The notes: generated from the sequence alone by a model not told the origin. DNA of 64,000 bases from a virus (IMGVR_UViG_3300012953_000017:55920-119919), one strand, 5' to 3'; shown: positions 54,992-64,000, counted from the stretch's first letter. Translations and numbers: made by a program.

Positions 54992-56923
54992 TTAGATGAC
55001 GTTCATGTCTGCGCACGTTACGGTGCCGTAGAAGTCACTTCGGACCATCTTCTTACCGTAGCGAGTCATAACACCCTTACGCGGGGTGAAGTCCTCAGGA
55101 GCGAAGATAGTAGGTGTGACGATAAGCGGCACATACGGAGCGTAGACGTAGCCAGTCTCAAGGTAACTTCCGCCCTTGTAGCCGACAAGAACCTTATTCC
55201 GTGGGAAGTAAGGATCCTTGTAAACCGTGAAGCGGTTGCTGAGAGTACCAACTTTCTCCGCACCTAGTGTCATCGGAGCACCTACCTGCCCATCACCGTC
55301 AAGGGTGTAGGAAGGCTTGTACATAACAGACGACTCCAGAATGGTAGCCACATCAGGTCCAACAACGATAAAGTTGGCTGAACCGCGAAGGGTCTTGCGG
55401 TGAATCTGGTTAGCAACGTCGATGATTGTCTCAATGAGAGTCTCATACCACTCACGAACTGTTCCACTAAAGCTTGGCCCTGGAGAGAGCGTATCCGTTC
55501 TGGACACCTCAGCACCTGATTCCTTGTTAAGGAACTTGCCTGGAGCACGTGACCAGTAAAGATTAGCACCGGAAGCCTGTCGTAGAAGATCGTTAAGGAT
55601 CTCACGATCAAGCTCTAGAGCAATCTGCTCAGACAGGATCTGAGTTAACTCTACCTCAGCGTCGAGGCTGTGGTAAGCATTCAGGTCCTGAGCCAGTTCT
55701 GGCGACCAGCGAGCCTTGAGCTTTCTAGTTACCGCGGTCACAGCAACCGACTCAATCTTGATGTCGATTTCTGGAATGACCGGAGCGGTTGTCGGCTCGT
55801 TAGACGTGAAGGTCGACTCGAAGCTTGGTACCACGAGTGTATCGCCGTCTCCTGTGCTTAGAGCTAACTTCTCTGGGAAGTGCAGCTGGTAAGCTGAGTC
55901 GGAGTTCGTATCGTTACCTGCCTCTGTCGAAAGAATATGCGAACCAGTTAGAACCATTAGCACGTGTGCTTGAGCAGCACCCTGCGCGATGAGTGGATTA
56001 CTTCTAAAAGTAGATCCGTCCCAAGTACCTAGCTGATTAAGACGACGTAGGTTCCATGTGTTTCCACCCTGGAATGCCTCTGGCCACAAGTTGTGATTTC
56101 CTGCGGTTGTCGCCAGTGCACCTGTTGTAACGAGACCAATCTCCTGAACCATGGTTGTGTCCATGTTTGCAAAGTTAGTCGAATTCCATGGTACTACTAG
56201 GAAGAAGTACTGTCCTGTACCTTCTGTGTCCGGAGCGCCTTCCTCAATCTCTCTTATAAGCTGAGGATCGAATTGAAGAAGCTTAGCATCAGAACCTGTT
56301 GCATGTGCACGACCGAATCGAGCATCAGACGACTGGAAAGTTGGAGAGTCTGCACCCTGATAGCTGAAAACCTTCGCGGTTTCGTTCAAGTCAGCAGGAG
56401 TTACAGTAGCAAACTTTCTAGAATAACCTACACCTGCAAGATCGTACTGTCCGCCTGATCCTAGAGAACCAGAACGTACACCCTTACCTGTTGGGTTGTT
56501 GTAGATTGACTTGCCAGACTCATACTGGTTAAAACCAGCGCTAGCTCCTGAAGCACCCTTGTTAGTACCGTAGGCATAGTCAAGATAGAAGAGCAGTCCT
56601 GAAGGAAGACTCATCGGCTGGATGGATACTAGCTCATTGGCTACCAATCCACCGAAAACTCGACGTACGATTGGAAATGCAACGTTAGTAAAACCACGGA
56701 TATCTGCATTACCTGCAGTGCCGCCGCCTAGATCTGATGCCTCTTTCAGTACCTGGGATGCCTGATTCTCGAGCATGCGCGCCATATTTTCTCTGTGAAC
56801 ACCGTCCATGCCGCGGAGGAGTCCTGTTCGGGACCACTTCTCGACTAGTCGCTTGTTCTGCGCACCCAGATGACGCTTCCGGATGCCTTCTGTCAATTGA
56901 TTTAATGAAAATGACTTAGACAT
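54992..56923 (-). CDS. major capsid protein (T4 gp23-like)
   Basis: FPIVRRVF, VSIQPMSLPSGL.F, TRKLKARWS.ELAQDL.AYH.LDAE.EL, YAPYVPL, GVMTRY. Confidence 0.96.
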   Translation of the reverse strand: MSKSFSLNQLTEGIRKRHLGAQNKRLVEKWSRTGLLRGMDGVHRENMARMLENQASQVLKEASDLGGGTAGNADIRGFTNVAFPIVRRVFGGLVANELVSIQPMSLPSGLLFYLDYAYGTNKGASGASAGFNQYESGKSIYNNPTGKGVRSGSLGSGGQYDLAGVGYSRKFATVTPADLNETAKVFSYQGADSPTFQSSDARFGRAHATGSDAKLLQFDPQLIREIEEGAPDTEGTGQYFFLVVPWNSTNFANMDTTMVQEIGLVTTGALATTAGNHNLWPEAFQGGNTWNLRRLNQLGTWDGSTFRSNPLIAQGAAQAHVLMVLTGSHILSTEAGNDTNSDSAYQLHFPEKLALSTGDGDTLVVPSFESTFTSNEPTTAPVIPEIDIKIESVAVTAVTRKLKARWSPELAQDLNAYHSLDAEVELTQILSEQIALELDREILNDLLRQASGANLYWSRAPGKFLNKESGAEVSRTDTLSPGPSFSGTVREWYETLIETIIDVANQIHRKTLRGSANFIVVGPDVATILESSVMYKPSYTLDGDGQVGAPMTLGAEKVGTLSNRFTVYKDPYFPRNKVLVGYKGGSYLETGYVYAPYVPLIVTPTIFAPEDFTPRKGVMTRYGKKMVRSDFYGTVTCADMNVI

Positions 56924-56953
56924 TATAATTTATCTCCTTAAGTTAATAGATGG

Positions 56954-58561
56954 TTAGTCATTGCCTATACCGGCGAGGACTGCCCACCGATCAACACTAC
57001 CAGCACCCTCTGTTATCGGCTGTGCCGAACGTGCTGATTTCGAGGCTGATCCGAGCGTCCGTAGTGACCTGTTCTCGTTCAGAGAGCTACCTCGCTTTCT
57101 GAGAGAGCTGGTCAGGCTCTTATAAAGAAGCTTTGCTTCACGAAGGGTCTTGGCATTATCTAAGGCCTCAACAATGGCTCGCTGCTGCTTCGGGGTCAAA
57201 TTTCTATTCTGCATAAGCTTATTAGCATAAAGAAGCTTAGCATTGAAAAGATTCATCTCAGTTAGTTGTCCTTTAAGAGCACCAACGGCTTTCTTGTATT
57301 CAACTAGCTGTCCTTGGAGAGCACGATTCTTACGTGCCTCACTAATTCTTGTTCGATTGGTTCTGCGTGTCTCAGCAATGCGTTGACTTCGGCGCGATCT
57401 GCGACGTGACTCTGGAACAACGTCGCCGGCGCCTGGAGCAGTAGTTCCTGGAACTTCTGGCTCTGACACTGGGCCTAGCTCATCAGCTAAAGCGTTGAGA
57501 AGATCATCCTCGTCGACCTCAACCTCAAGATGACCAACAACTTCGCCGTCGTCGTCTCTAGCATGTGGGTCAGTGTCAACTGGGTCGCCTTCTTCATTAA
57601 GACGTCTGGAGCGCATATCTTGAAGAGCTCTTCTTAGAACAGACTCATCAATCTCATAAGTCTCTTCCATCTCTTCCATCTCGTCCATCTCACCTAGATC
57701 CAGCTCGCCTGCACCTTCGTCTTCCTCTTCTTCTCCGCCTTCTTCATCGACAGATACCTCCAAGCCTAGTGCGGTGCCTAGATCTTCTAGGGCAGTCGAA
57801 GCGGCATCGACATCCACCTCTTCCGCGGCTGGCTCTTCTGTTACTTCACCCTCGAATAAGAAATCGAAGATATCGTTATTGCTTCGCCTCGACATTTGAT
57901 TCATCTCCTTAATAATAGAATTAGTTCGTCTCGTTAGGACATTTTTATTTGTGTCCTGCTCTGTAAGTATGACCTGGCGCCTCAAAGTTACTGCCTCTCT
58001 CAACAGTGTTTCGAAAATCTTTGCTGCTGCCATCTTTTGTGATCGAGTTCCACTCTCTTGAATGTCCTCGATTACCGATGAGAGTTTTTTTACTCTTGCT
58101 TCTAGAATCTTTAATCTTCGGGATACTCTTTTTGGAGATTTTCCGTTTGTTCCGACGATCCGTGCTAGTGCTTCGGCAACTTCCTGATTCAGCATTAGAT
58201 CTTCATCTTCATCACCGGAACCAGAAGCCTCTATCTCAATTTCAACGCCGCCAACATTAAGATTAATCTCTCCGGTAGGATCGATTGAAATATTTGCTGC
58301 AGCCGAAGAATCTCCGGCAGGCTCTGCCATTGGCGGCATCATTCCGTCTAAGTCTAAAACAGCTGCATCAACTCCTTCTTCTGGGGGTAGATCTTCTGCG
58401 TCAGCATCGACTTCATGATCAACCTCTAAGAGTTGCTTTTCAATTATCTGTTTAATTTTGGGCGAAACGGCATCAATAATTTTGTTTTTAGCATTTTGCT
58501 CGGCCATTTCTCTTAGCTGTCTGGCTTCTGCAATTGCCTCATGATAAAGATTTTGTGACAT
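56954..58561 (-). CDS. prohead core / scaffold protein (gp22-like)
   Basis: EAIAEARQLRE.A..NAK, acidic linker, EMNLFNAKLLYANKL, RW..LAGI; directly upstream of the capsid gene. Confidence 0.8.
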   Translation of the reverse strand: MSQNLYHEAIAEARQLREMAEQNAKNKIIDAVSPKIKQIIEKQLLEVDHEVDADAEDLPPEEGVDAAVLDLDGMMPPMAEPAGDSSAAANISIDPTGEINLNVGGVEIEIEASGSGDEDEDLMLNQEVAEALARIVGTNGKSPKRVSRRLKILEARVKKLSSVIEDIQESGTRSQKMAAAKIFETLLREAVTLRRQVILTEQDTNKNVLTRRTNSIIKEMNQMSRRSNNDIFDFLFEGEVTEEPAAEEVDVDAASTALEDLGTALGLEVSVDEEGGEEEEDEGAGELDLGEMDEMEEMEETYEIDESVLRRALQDMRSRRLNEEGDPVDTDPHARDDDGEVVGHLEVEVDEDDLLNALADELGPVSEPEVPGTTAPGAGDVVPESRRRSRRSQRIAETRRTNRTRISEARKNRALQGQLVEYKKAVGALKGQLTEMNLFNAKLLYANKLMQNRNLTPKQQRAIVEALDNAKTLREAKLLYKSLTSSLRKRGSSLNENRSLRTLGSASKSARSAQPITEGAGSVDRWAVLAGIGND

Positions 58562-58591
58562 ATAACTCTCTCTACAAGTCGGTAGTAGAAC

Positions 58592-58598
58592 TAAATAT
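58592..58598 (-). promoter_or_regulatory. putative late promoter motif ATATTTA (scaffold/capsid operon)
   Basis: One of about 18 ATAYTTA-type copies lying just upstream of structural or cargo genes. Confidence 0.6.
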
Positions 58599-58633
58599 GA
58601 TCAGGCAAAGTGTTTTTACCTGTTCGTATTTTT

Positions 58634-58891
58634 CTATTTCTTTTTCCTTGTTTTAGTCTTTGATTTTGCATTTGTCTTGTTTGACTTTGCATCCTCTATT
58701 TTTTTTTGAGCGCGGCGTTTACCTTCACTCTTTTTTCTTCTCTTTTTTTGTCCTTTAGTTTCGTGCAAAAGTTTCTTCTTGTACTCTCTTACAATCCCTT
58801 CTTCCTTGCACTTTCTAATAAACTTTCTAATAAGTTGATCAGAATTTCTTATTCTTCCCCCAAGCTTTACAGAAACATTAACTGCCGACAC
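58634..58891 (-). CDS. rpsU: ribosomal protein bS21 homolog
   Basis: V.VK.....DQLIRKFIRKCKEEGIVREYKK...HE..GQKKRRKK matches the S21 pattern; GTG start at 58891 with AAGGA SD right after the upstream TAA. Confidence 0.8.
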   Translation of the reverse strand: MSAVNVSVKLGGRIRNSDQLIRKFIRKCKEEGIVREYKKKLLHETKGQKKRRKKSEGKRRAQKKIEDAKSNKTNAKSKTKTRKKK

Positions 58892-58892
58892 T

Positions 58893-59588
58893 TTAGACTT
58901 CCTTAACTTTTTGACTGAGCGCGCCGACATTCGCACGAACATCGAGCGGTTTTTTTAAAGCCAAAAGATCATCATCAAGAATATCAGTTAGCTTGAATGT
59001 GTTAATATTAGATATGTCGTCATCTAAGGTATCACTCATAATGTCAGGTATTTGCCCGGCGTAACCTTTTTTTGAGCCTGCGGGCTTGTAGCGAAAAACC
59101 CCGTGTTTGCCTCCGCTTGCCGATCGAAAGTGATCGTCTGTCTGATCGTCTGAGCCGCCTACAGTTCCTTTTTTAGAAAGTCTTGCTGACTGCCTCATGT
59201 AAGGCTTTTGCTTTAAAGCGGTGGCCATCGTCTCAACTTCTTTTAAGACATTATCAGGACGAAAAAAACAATCAGAAAGCTTAGTATTACCTGCGACAAA
59301 GTAAAAGGGGTCAGTTCCATACTTTGCACCAAAGTCTGACCTTGTTCTTCCTAAACCTGTTTTTGCAAGAAACTTGTCCACGTCTTTATCATCGATGACA
59401 TCTTCTTCCGGGAGGTCAACGTCATCATCTAGATACGGATAACTGGAAGATTGCTCAAATTCAATGTGATATTTTGGCTCTAGCGTTCCGTACCCTAAGT
59501 CAAGACGAGCATCTCGAGCGTGTGCGCGACCTATATGTGAGTGTCTATCACTTGCGCCAGGTTCCCTATTTACAAAAGCGTGTGCCAT
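58893..59588 (-). CDS. hypothetical protein (head module)
   Basis: ORF; ATATTTA motif at 59598-59604. Confidence 0.7.
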   Translation of the reverse strand: MAHAFVNREPGASDRHSHIGRAHARDARLDLGYGTLEPKYHIEFEQSSSYPYLDDDVDLPEEDVIDDKDVDKFLAKTGLGRTRSDFGAKYGTDPFYFVAGNTKLSDCFFRPDNVLKEVETMATALKQKPYMRQSARLSKKGTVGGSDDQTDDHFRSASGGKHGVFRYKPAGSKKGYAGQIPDIMSDTLDDDISNINTFKLTDILDDDLLALKKPLDVRANVGALSQKVKEV

Positions 59589-59612
59589 ATTGCTTATTAA
59601 ATATGCTCTATA

Positions 59613-60215
59613 TTAGCTTATAGGCTTAGGAGCAGGTCCAGTATTACTTCCCATGACACCAGCAGGAATATCCTGACTAAACATGTCTAGTGTTGTCGAT
59701 CTATGTATTTCAGATGTTGAAGAAGGCTGCGCGTCTTCAGAGTCAGCGTCTTTGCCTACAAAAGGTGCTCTAGACGTCTTATTTTCGGCGGGGTTTGCCA
59801 CTTCTTGCTGCCCCGTGCCTATTGACATTCCATCAGAATTTGAAGATACTCCGTTTGGAGTAAATGGACTTCCAGGACCTCCATTAGCAGAAGGCGCAAC
59901 TTCAAGCAAATTAGGAGCTGAATGATCACTTGACGCACCGTCAATAAAGTAGTCTCTTTTGTAGTCTGCGCTGAGGCCCCAGTGCCCTTTTCCTATTGAA
60001 GCAGAGTCTCCTACGGAGTCTTTTACTTCAGAGTCTAACACAAGCTCGAAGAATACCAATTTAGGATCATATTGATTATTTAAAATAGGCGATGCAGAAA
60101 AAGATTCTTTGAGCCTTGCAGGATCACTGGCAGCGTTAACTGTCCCCTTAAGAACAGAGGAATAGTTTTTAGACGAAACAATGTCAACAGTTTGAAAATG
60201 CATCTTTCCTGACAT
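59613..60215 (-). CDS. hypothetical virion-module protein (paralog of 60222..60707)
   Basis: Shares SPI, VLD.E..D, AP.L.EV, G.P.SP..PN and PF.G with its neighbour. Confidence 0.7.
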   Translation of the reverse strand: MSGKMHFQTVDIVSSKNYSSVLKGTVNAASDPARLKESFSASPILNNQYDPKLVFFELVLDSEVKDSVGDSASIGKGHWGLSADYKRDYFIDGASSDHSAPNLLEVAPSANGGPGSPFTPNGVSSNSDGMSIGTGQQEVANPAENKTSRAPFVGKDADSEDAQPSSTSEIHRSTTLDMFSQDIPAGVMGSNTGPAPKPIS

Positions 60216-60221
60216 TATATA

Positions 60222-60707
60222 TTACTCGTCAGACGCAGGGCTCTTTCCTAGAACATAGGCACCTAATGTAGTCCCTGATATCTTTTCAGAAGCCACTTTT
60301 GGTGAAAGCTGAGAGCCTACTCCTGAGAACGGAGGATTGCTTAATTGAGAATCAGCCCATCCGCCTGGTGCTTCTGGCATATCAGCCGGATTAGCACTAC
60401 CTTCTCCTGGAGACATTGGATTAGGCCCATATGGAGAAGCTGGAAGCCCTCCGTCGCCTGTTGGCACTTCAGATAAATCAGGAGCATCGACATATCCTGT
60501 TTTATAGGTTCCAAAAGTATGCCCACCGTCATTAATTTCTGCATCCAATACTTCGTTTTGGTACTGTTCTTTTACAGATGCTTCTGTTAACTCACCTGAA
60601 TGAATTGGTGAATTTCCAAATATGGTTGCAACAGCGTTTGTGCCAGTCTTCCCTAATGAAAACTCAGTTACTGATGATTTTACTGTTCCTTGATTGTGCG
60701 TAGGCAT
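60222..60707 (-). CDS. hypothetical virion-module protein (paralog of 59613..60215)
   Basis: Same shared motifs; AGGAG SD. Confidence 0.7.
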   Translation of the reverse strand: MPTHNQGTVKSSVTEFSLGKTGTNAVATIFGNSPIHSGELTEASVKEQYQNEVLDAEINDGGHTFGTYKTGYVDAPDLSEVPTGDGGLPASPYGPNPMSPGEGSANPADMPEAPGGWADSQLSNPPFSGVGSQLSPKVASEKISGTTLGAYVLGKSPASDE

Positions 60708-60728
60708 TTTTTTCTCCTAAATAAATGC

Positions 60729-61022
60729 TTATATATTTTTAACAATTCTTTTCTTTAAAGCTCTTTTAACCTCTTGGATTCTACGATAGTGACGACGAAT
60801 CTTGTCTTCTTCTATCTTTAGTGCTTTAATGTGATCTATGTCTTTTGCCAGTGTGTCTGCCTGGTCTTTAGCTTCAACTTCTTCAGCATCGACATCTTCA
60901 GGATCTTCAACACCAGCGTCAATAGGGTCAGAAGTTTCTCTCATTATTCTGGCTTTTTCTTCTAGAACCATTTTACGAAGCATGTTAGGGGTCAGCTTCT
61001 TGTTCTGTGATCTTCTTCTCAT
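60729..61022 (-). CDS. hypothetical prohead-associated protein
   Basis: KLTPNMLRKMVLEE motif; GAGGAG SD. Confidence 0.7.
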   Translation of the reverse strand: MRRRSQNKKLTPNMLRKMVLEEKARIMRETSDPIDAGVEDPEDVDAEEVEAKDQADTLAKDIDHIKALKIEEDKIRRHYRRIQEVKRALKKRIVKNI

Positions 61023-61116
61023 TTAAATGCTCCTCCTCAAAAAGGGTATGTCCTTGTTATACATATCATCTCCGAACAAAATCTTCTTCACAGAGTGAAG
61101 TCATTTTTTGAAGATT

Positions 61117-61521
61117 TTAATCAGAAAATGCTAGATCAGCCCAGTTTTGTGAGGCTTCTCCAAAAATATCGTCAGTTAGGCCAGCTAGAGGAACTCCTTC
61201 TTCTGATGCTGTCGGTGCAGAAGGTGTTTCTCCGGCAGTTAACTGCTCTTGAAGCGTAGTTGCAGCTGTGTCTGAAAGTATTGCTGACATTATAGGATCA
61301 TCTGTTACCTTACTCACTGTATTATTCACAGCTGTTTTAAAGGAAACTGTATCTACTGAGCTTCGATGAGAAGGCTTCGGTGCAGCTCTTCTTTTAGGTC
61401 TAGACTTTCTAGAAACAGACTCGTTTAGACCAGAAGATTCATTTCCAAGACCTTCAGACAATATTTCCATAAGACATTCTTTTACAATCCCTTTTAGTGC
61501 TGTTCTAGATAACTTAGCCAT
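61117..61521 (-). CDS. hypothetical prohead-associated protein
   Basis: KLSRTALKGIVKECLMEILSE motif; LNES. Confidence 0.7.
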   Translation of the reverse strand: MAKLSRTALKGIVKECLMEILSEGLGNESSGLNESVSRKSRPKRRAAPKPSHRSSVDTVSFKTAVNNTVSKVTDDPIMSAILSDTAATTLQEQLTAGETPSAPTASEEGVPLAGLTDDIFGEASQNWADLAFSD

Positions 61522-61524
61522 GGA

Positions 61525-61977
61525 TTAACCTACTCCCTCGAATCCAGCTGACCCAGTCAATGTTGGAAAGTCTCTGCTCTGAACATTGGTTAGGCTTGCG
61601 AGAACAACAAATCCTGCTTTTTGGTTGCTGTTGCTGGTCATGCCTGTGATCCATATTTCTTTACATCTTACATTTAGCTTCTGAGTTGGCTCAGTGTTTA
61701 CGGCGGCAGCCGAGGCAGAGGTAGATATCGACCCGGAAGATACAATAAAGTAGTTAGCAGTCTCCTTTGATAAGACGCCGTTTTCAGTAAACCCTACTTG
61801 CAAGCCTCCGTAGCCATAGGAAGCTACTTGCACCCACTGTGTCACATAAGGAAACTTCACACAAATCGCGGAGCCTTCTTCTACTTCATTGTATGCAGAT
61901 GCGGTTACAAATGGAATTCCTGATACTTGATATTCAGACACATGATTGTGGTGCGGCTTAGGATAGTTCATTCCCAT
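61525..61977 (-). CDS. hypothetical structural protein
   Basis: YQVSGIPFVT, FPYVT; beta-rich; in the head module. Confidence 0.65.
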   Translation of the reverse strand: MGMNYPKPHHNHVSEYQVSGIPFVTASAYNEVEEGSAICVKFPYVTQWVQVASYGYGGLQVGFTENGVLSKETANYFIVSSGSISTSASAAAVNTEPTQKLNVRCKEIWITGMTSNSNQKAGFVVLASLTNVQSRDFPTLTGSAGFEGVG

Positions 61978-62591
61978 TATTTTTTCTCCCAGTCTAGTAT
62001 ATCATTAAAGATTCTATCTATTCTGTCTGTTTTAGTAAAGTGTCTATTAAGGTCTTTCTTATTTACCTCTACGCCTTCACTCATCATAAAAGCCCCAGGA
62101 GTAGACGGCTCAGAAACAAAGTCCCAGCAAATTAGTTGGAAATCATCCTGCACAACTTGGTACTCACCGTCGGCTTTTGTAGAGCCTACTCCCCTAGAAG
62201 AAATTCCTAAAGTCACCCCGGACTCGACTAAACTTTGAAGAATCTTTCCGCTAGGTGTATCTAAAAGCTCGACTGTTCCGTAACATATGTCTCCGTCCAT
62301 ATGTGCTTCTCTTACTATATGCGAAGCATTTTTAAGCTCAACGACTGATGAATCTGGGTGGTCACACTCCCCTAAAGCTCGACTCTCTTTAATAAACTTT
62401 TGATAGTTACGTACTTCTCTTTCCAGAATAGCTTTTGGGTATATTCTTCCATTTTGATTTAGAGTTTCTGCCTTTTGAAGTATTCCTTTCATAATAATCT
62501 TTCCGCCGTTAAGATCTTTGGATTCTTTGATCATTTCTGAAGAGTACTCAAAAGGTGCCCACTCAGTAAGTAGTTTAAGCTTGTTAGACAT
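61977..62591 (-). CDS. prohead core protease (T4 gp21-like)
   Basis: NQNGRIYP, ALGECDHP, SHIV, LDTPSG, GISSRGVGS, DFVSEPST. Confidence 0.95.
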   Translation of the reverse strand: MSNKLKLLTEWAPFEYSSEMIKESKDLNGGKIIMKGILQKAETLNQNGRIYPKAILEREVRNYQKFIKESRALGECDHPDSSVVELKNASHIVREAHMDGDICYGTVELLDTPSGKILQSLVESGVTLGISSRGVGSTKADGEYQVVQDDFQLICWDFVSEPSTPGAFMMSEGVEVNKKDLNRHFTKTDRIDRIFNDILDWEKK

Positions 62592-63441
62592 TTTCTTTCT
62601 CCTCTAACTCACTGTTGAGTCGACTCAATAATAGAAATTTTGAGATTGAATCATCATTTATTTCTTTTGAGTCTAATGACTCGACCATTGTTTTAACACC
62701 AGTTATTTTTTCGTTAAGAATCTTATTAGAGCAGTTCTTAGAAAATTTATTTATATTTTTACGTGTCTTGCCTTGAACGCTGGAGAGCTTTTGTGTAAGA
62801 CTCACATGATTATTAGTGTTCGATGAAAATGCGTACTCACTTAAAATATCTTTCTGCTCTTTGCTTAACGAGTTCCCATATCTGTCATTAAACTTTTCCG
62901 TCATTATTTTAACAGTAAGCTTGTTAATGTCATCAGTTTTTTCACTTTCTAAATTAGCCTCTTGTTTTTCCAATAAAAGCCAGTCATGTATTTTTGTCTC
63001 ATATAGGGTTGTTCGGGCAAAGTCTTCAGAGGCTTTTGATCTCCAGTCATTAAGAAGTGTCTGAATAGTCGCATAAGTTCTGTAGTCTTGTATTTTTCTA
63101 GAATAAAGGCTGGAGCCCTCTGGCAGTGTGTGATTAATCTCTCTTATTAAGAGTGACTTTTCGGATCTTAATTTTTTCTCATCATGATCCTGTGCAGCTT
63201 TTTTGGCTTCTTGTAAAATTCTTGTTGCTAATGCAGAAGTTGGAACTGAAGTTTTTACCATTGCATTAAACAGCCTAAATTCCTTGTACAGCTCTGACCC
63301 TTTCTTAAAATTTCTTTTAATAATAGACATGGCATTTTCGGCATCATCTTTTCTTCCTTCAATCAATGATTGAGAAGTATAGTTGATAAGCTGTTCGTAG
63401 ATAATCCCCACATTCCGCTTTTTGTTGTGTGGCTTACTCAT
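62584..63441 (-). CDS. conserved head-module protein between portal and protease
   Basis: HNKKRNVG N-terminus; helical; synteny. Confidence 0.65.
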   Translation of the reverse strand: MSKPHNKKRNVGIIYEQLINYTSQSLIEGRKDDAENAMSIIKRNFKKGSELYKEFRLFNAMVKTSVPTSALATRILQEAKKAAQDHDEKKLRSEKSLLIREINHTLPEGSSLYSRKIQDYRTYATIQTLLNDWRSKASEDFARTTLYETKIHDWLLLEKQEANLESEKTDDINKLTVKIMTEKFNDRYGNSLSKEQKDILSEYAFSSNTNNHVSLTQKLSSVQGKTRKNINKFSKNCSNKILNEKITGVKTMVESLDSKEINDDSISKFLLLSRLNSELEEKENV

Positions 63442-64000
63442 TTTTGTTTGATTCTCCTAATTCTTCAAGGTCAATCTCTACAATTCCATCTTCATTGCTT
63501 GACTCTGTGAGAATAGACGCCCTAGATATATCTATTGAGTTGCTAAGGTTATTTAATATCCCTTCTATCTCCTTTGTCATTATTGCACGCTGAGATATCT
63601 TTTTGTCGATAAAAGAGTTCATTTCAGAGTTTCTTGGTAAAGAAGATTCAGCAAATGCATTAGTAACAAAATCATTATCATATGGCTTTCTTAAAGAATC
63701 TTGCGCTCGACCAGGCTTACCAGTTGAAGTCATTTTTAAGAAGTCAGGCATGTGTGTGGAGGCTGGTCCGTTTACAACTCTTCTATTTTTTTTAATAGGT
63801 TCATTAAAAGCATTTCTTATTTGATTTTGAGCTTTTGCAGGGGCTTCATCGTCCTTTATAGACATATAAGACACTTCATCTTCGTCATCTTCTTCTGAGC
63901 TGTCATCATCGGATCCATCTATTTCTGATAGCGCGGACAATATACTTCCAGAAGTTGTGTCGCCGGCGAAGAGACCTCCTCCTTCTTCTTCACCACCACC
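63434..64000 (-). CDS. 3' end of a gene entering from the right edge; probable portal (gp20-like) acidic tail
   Basis: Frame open to 64000 (GGGEEEGGGLFAGD...); position upstream of the protease; no diagnostic portal motif visible. Confidence 0.5.
   Translation of the reverse strand, partial: GGGEEEGGGLFAGDTTSGSILSALSEIDGSDDDSSEEDDEDEVSYMSIKDDEAPAKAQNQIRNAFNEPIKKNRRVVNGPASTHMPDFLKMTSTGKPGRAQDSLRKPYDNDFVTNAFAESSLPRNSEMNSFIDKKISQRAIMTKEIEGILNNLSNSIDISRASILTESSNEDGIVEIDLEELGESNKNE

Noticed and set aside
61078-61117. Imperfect inverted repeat AAAATCTTC...GAAGATTTT
   Set aside because: AT-rich interrupted stem without a clear U-tract; could be chance.
1-64000. Stop-codon reassignment, as seen in some large phages
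   Set aside because: Genes are full-length and densely packed under the standard code, and TAA, TAG and TGA all end conserved genes.
1-64000. CRISPR array, tRNA or rRNA genes
   Set aside because: No regularly spaced repeats or cloverleaf-like sequences seen in the short intergenic gaps; a tRNAscan/Infernal run would be needed for certainty.

Overview
This is a 64-kb segment of a large tailed dsDNA phage with a contractile tail and a T4-superfamily head module, very probably a jumbo myovirus. It is about 40% GC by eye, uses the standard genetic code, and has almost every gene on the minus strand. In the direction of transcription (right to left) it holds: the probable portal C-terminus, gp21-like prohead protease, ribosomal protein bS21, scaffold, gp23-like major capsid protein, two decoration-like paralogs, a PAS protein with a holin-like partner, neck proteins, three tandem tail sheath paralogs, tail tube, a frameshifting tail assembly chaperone, a 2082-aa tape measure, baseplate genes, a replication block (compact PolA, SSB, RecA, 5'-3' exonuclease, DnaB-like helicase), class II RNR, ClpP, M15 peptidase and ThyX. 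A 0-11 kb accessory region closes the window. The best leads are: (1) a pyrimidine-handling and repair cluster with a stand-alone glycosylase closely resembling the eukaryotic MBD4 catalytic domain, Fpg/Nei, a dCTPase/dUTPase-type pyrophosphatase and a degenerate-pyrophosphatase/HAD fusion, which may point to methylated-cytosine DNA; (2) a GltF/CglF-like gliding-motility protein suggesting a Myxococcota or Bdellovibrionota host; (3) a shared N-terminal amphipathic motif plus a shared upstream ATAYTTA DNA motif that may mark head-packaged cargo, including an alarmone hydrolase and an Ntn hydrolase whose nucleophile may be unmasked by the prohead protease. All family assignments come from motif recognition by eye; no searches were run.
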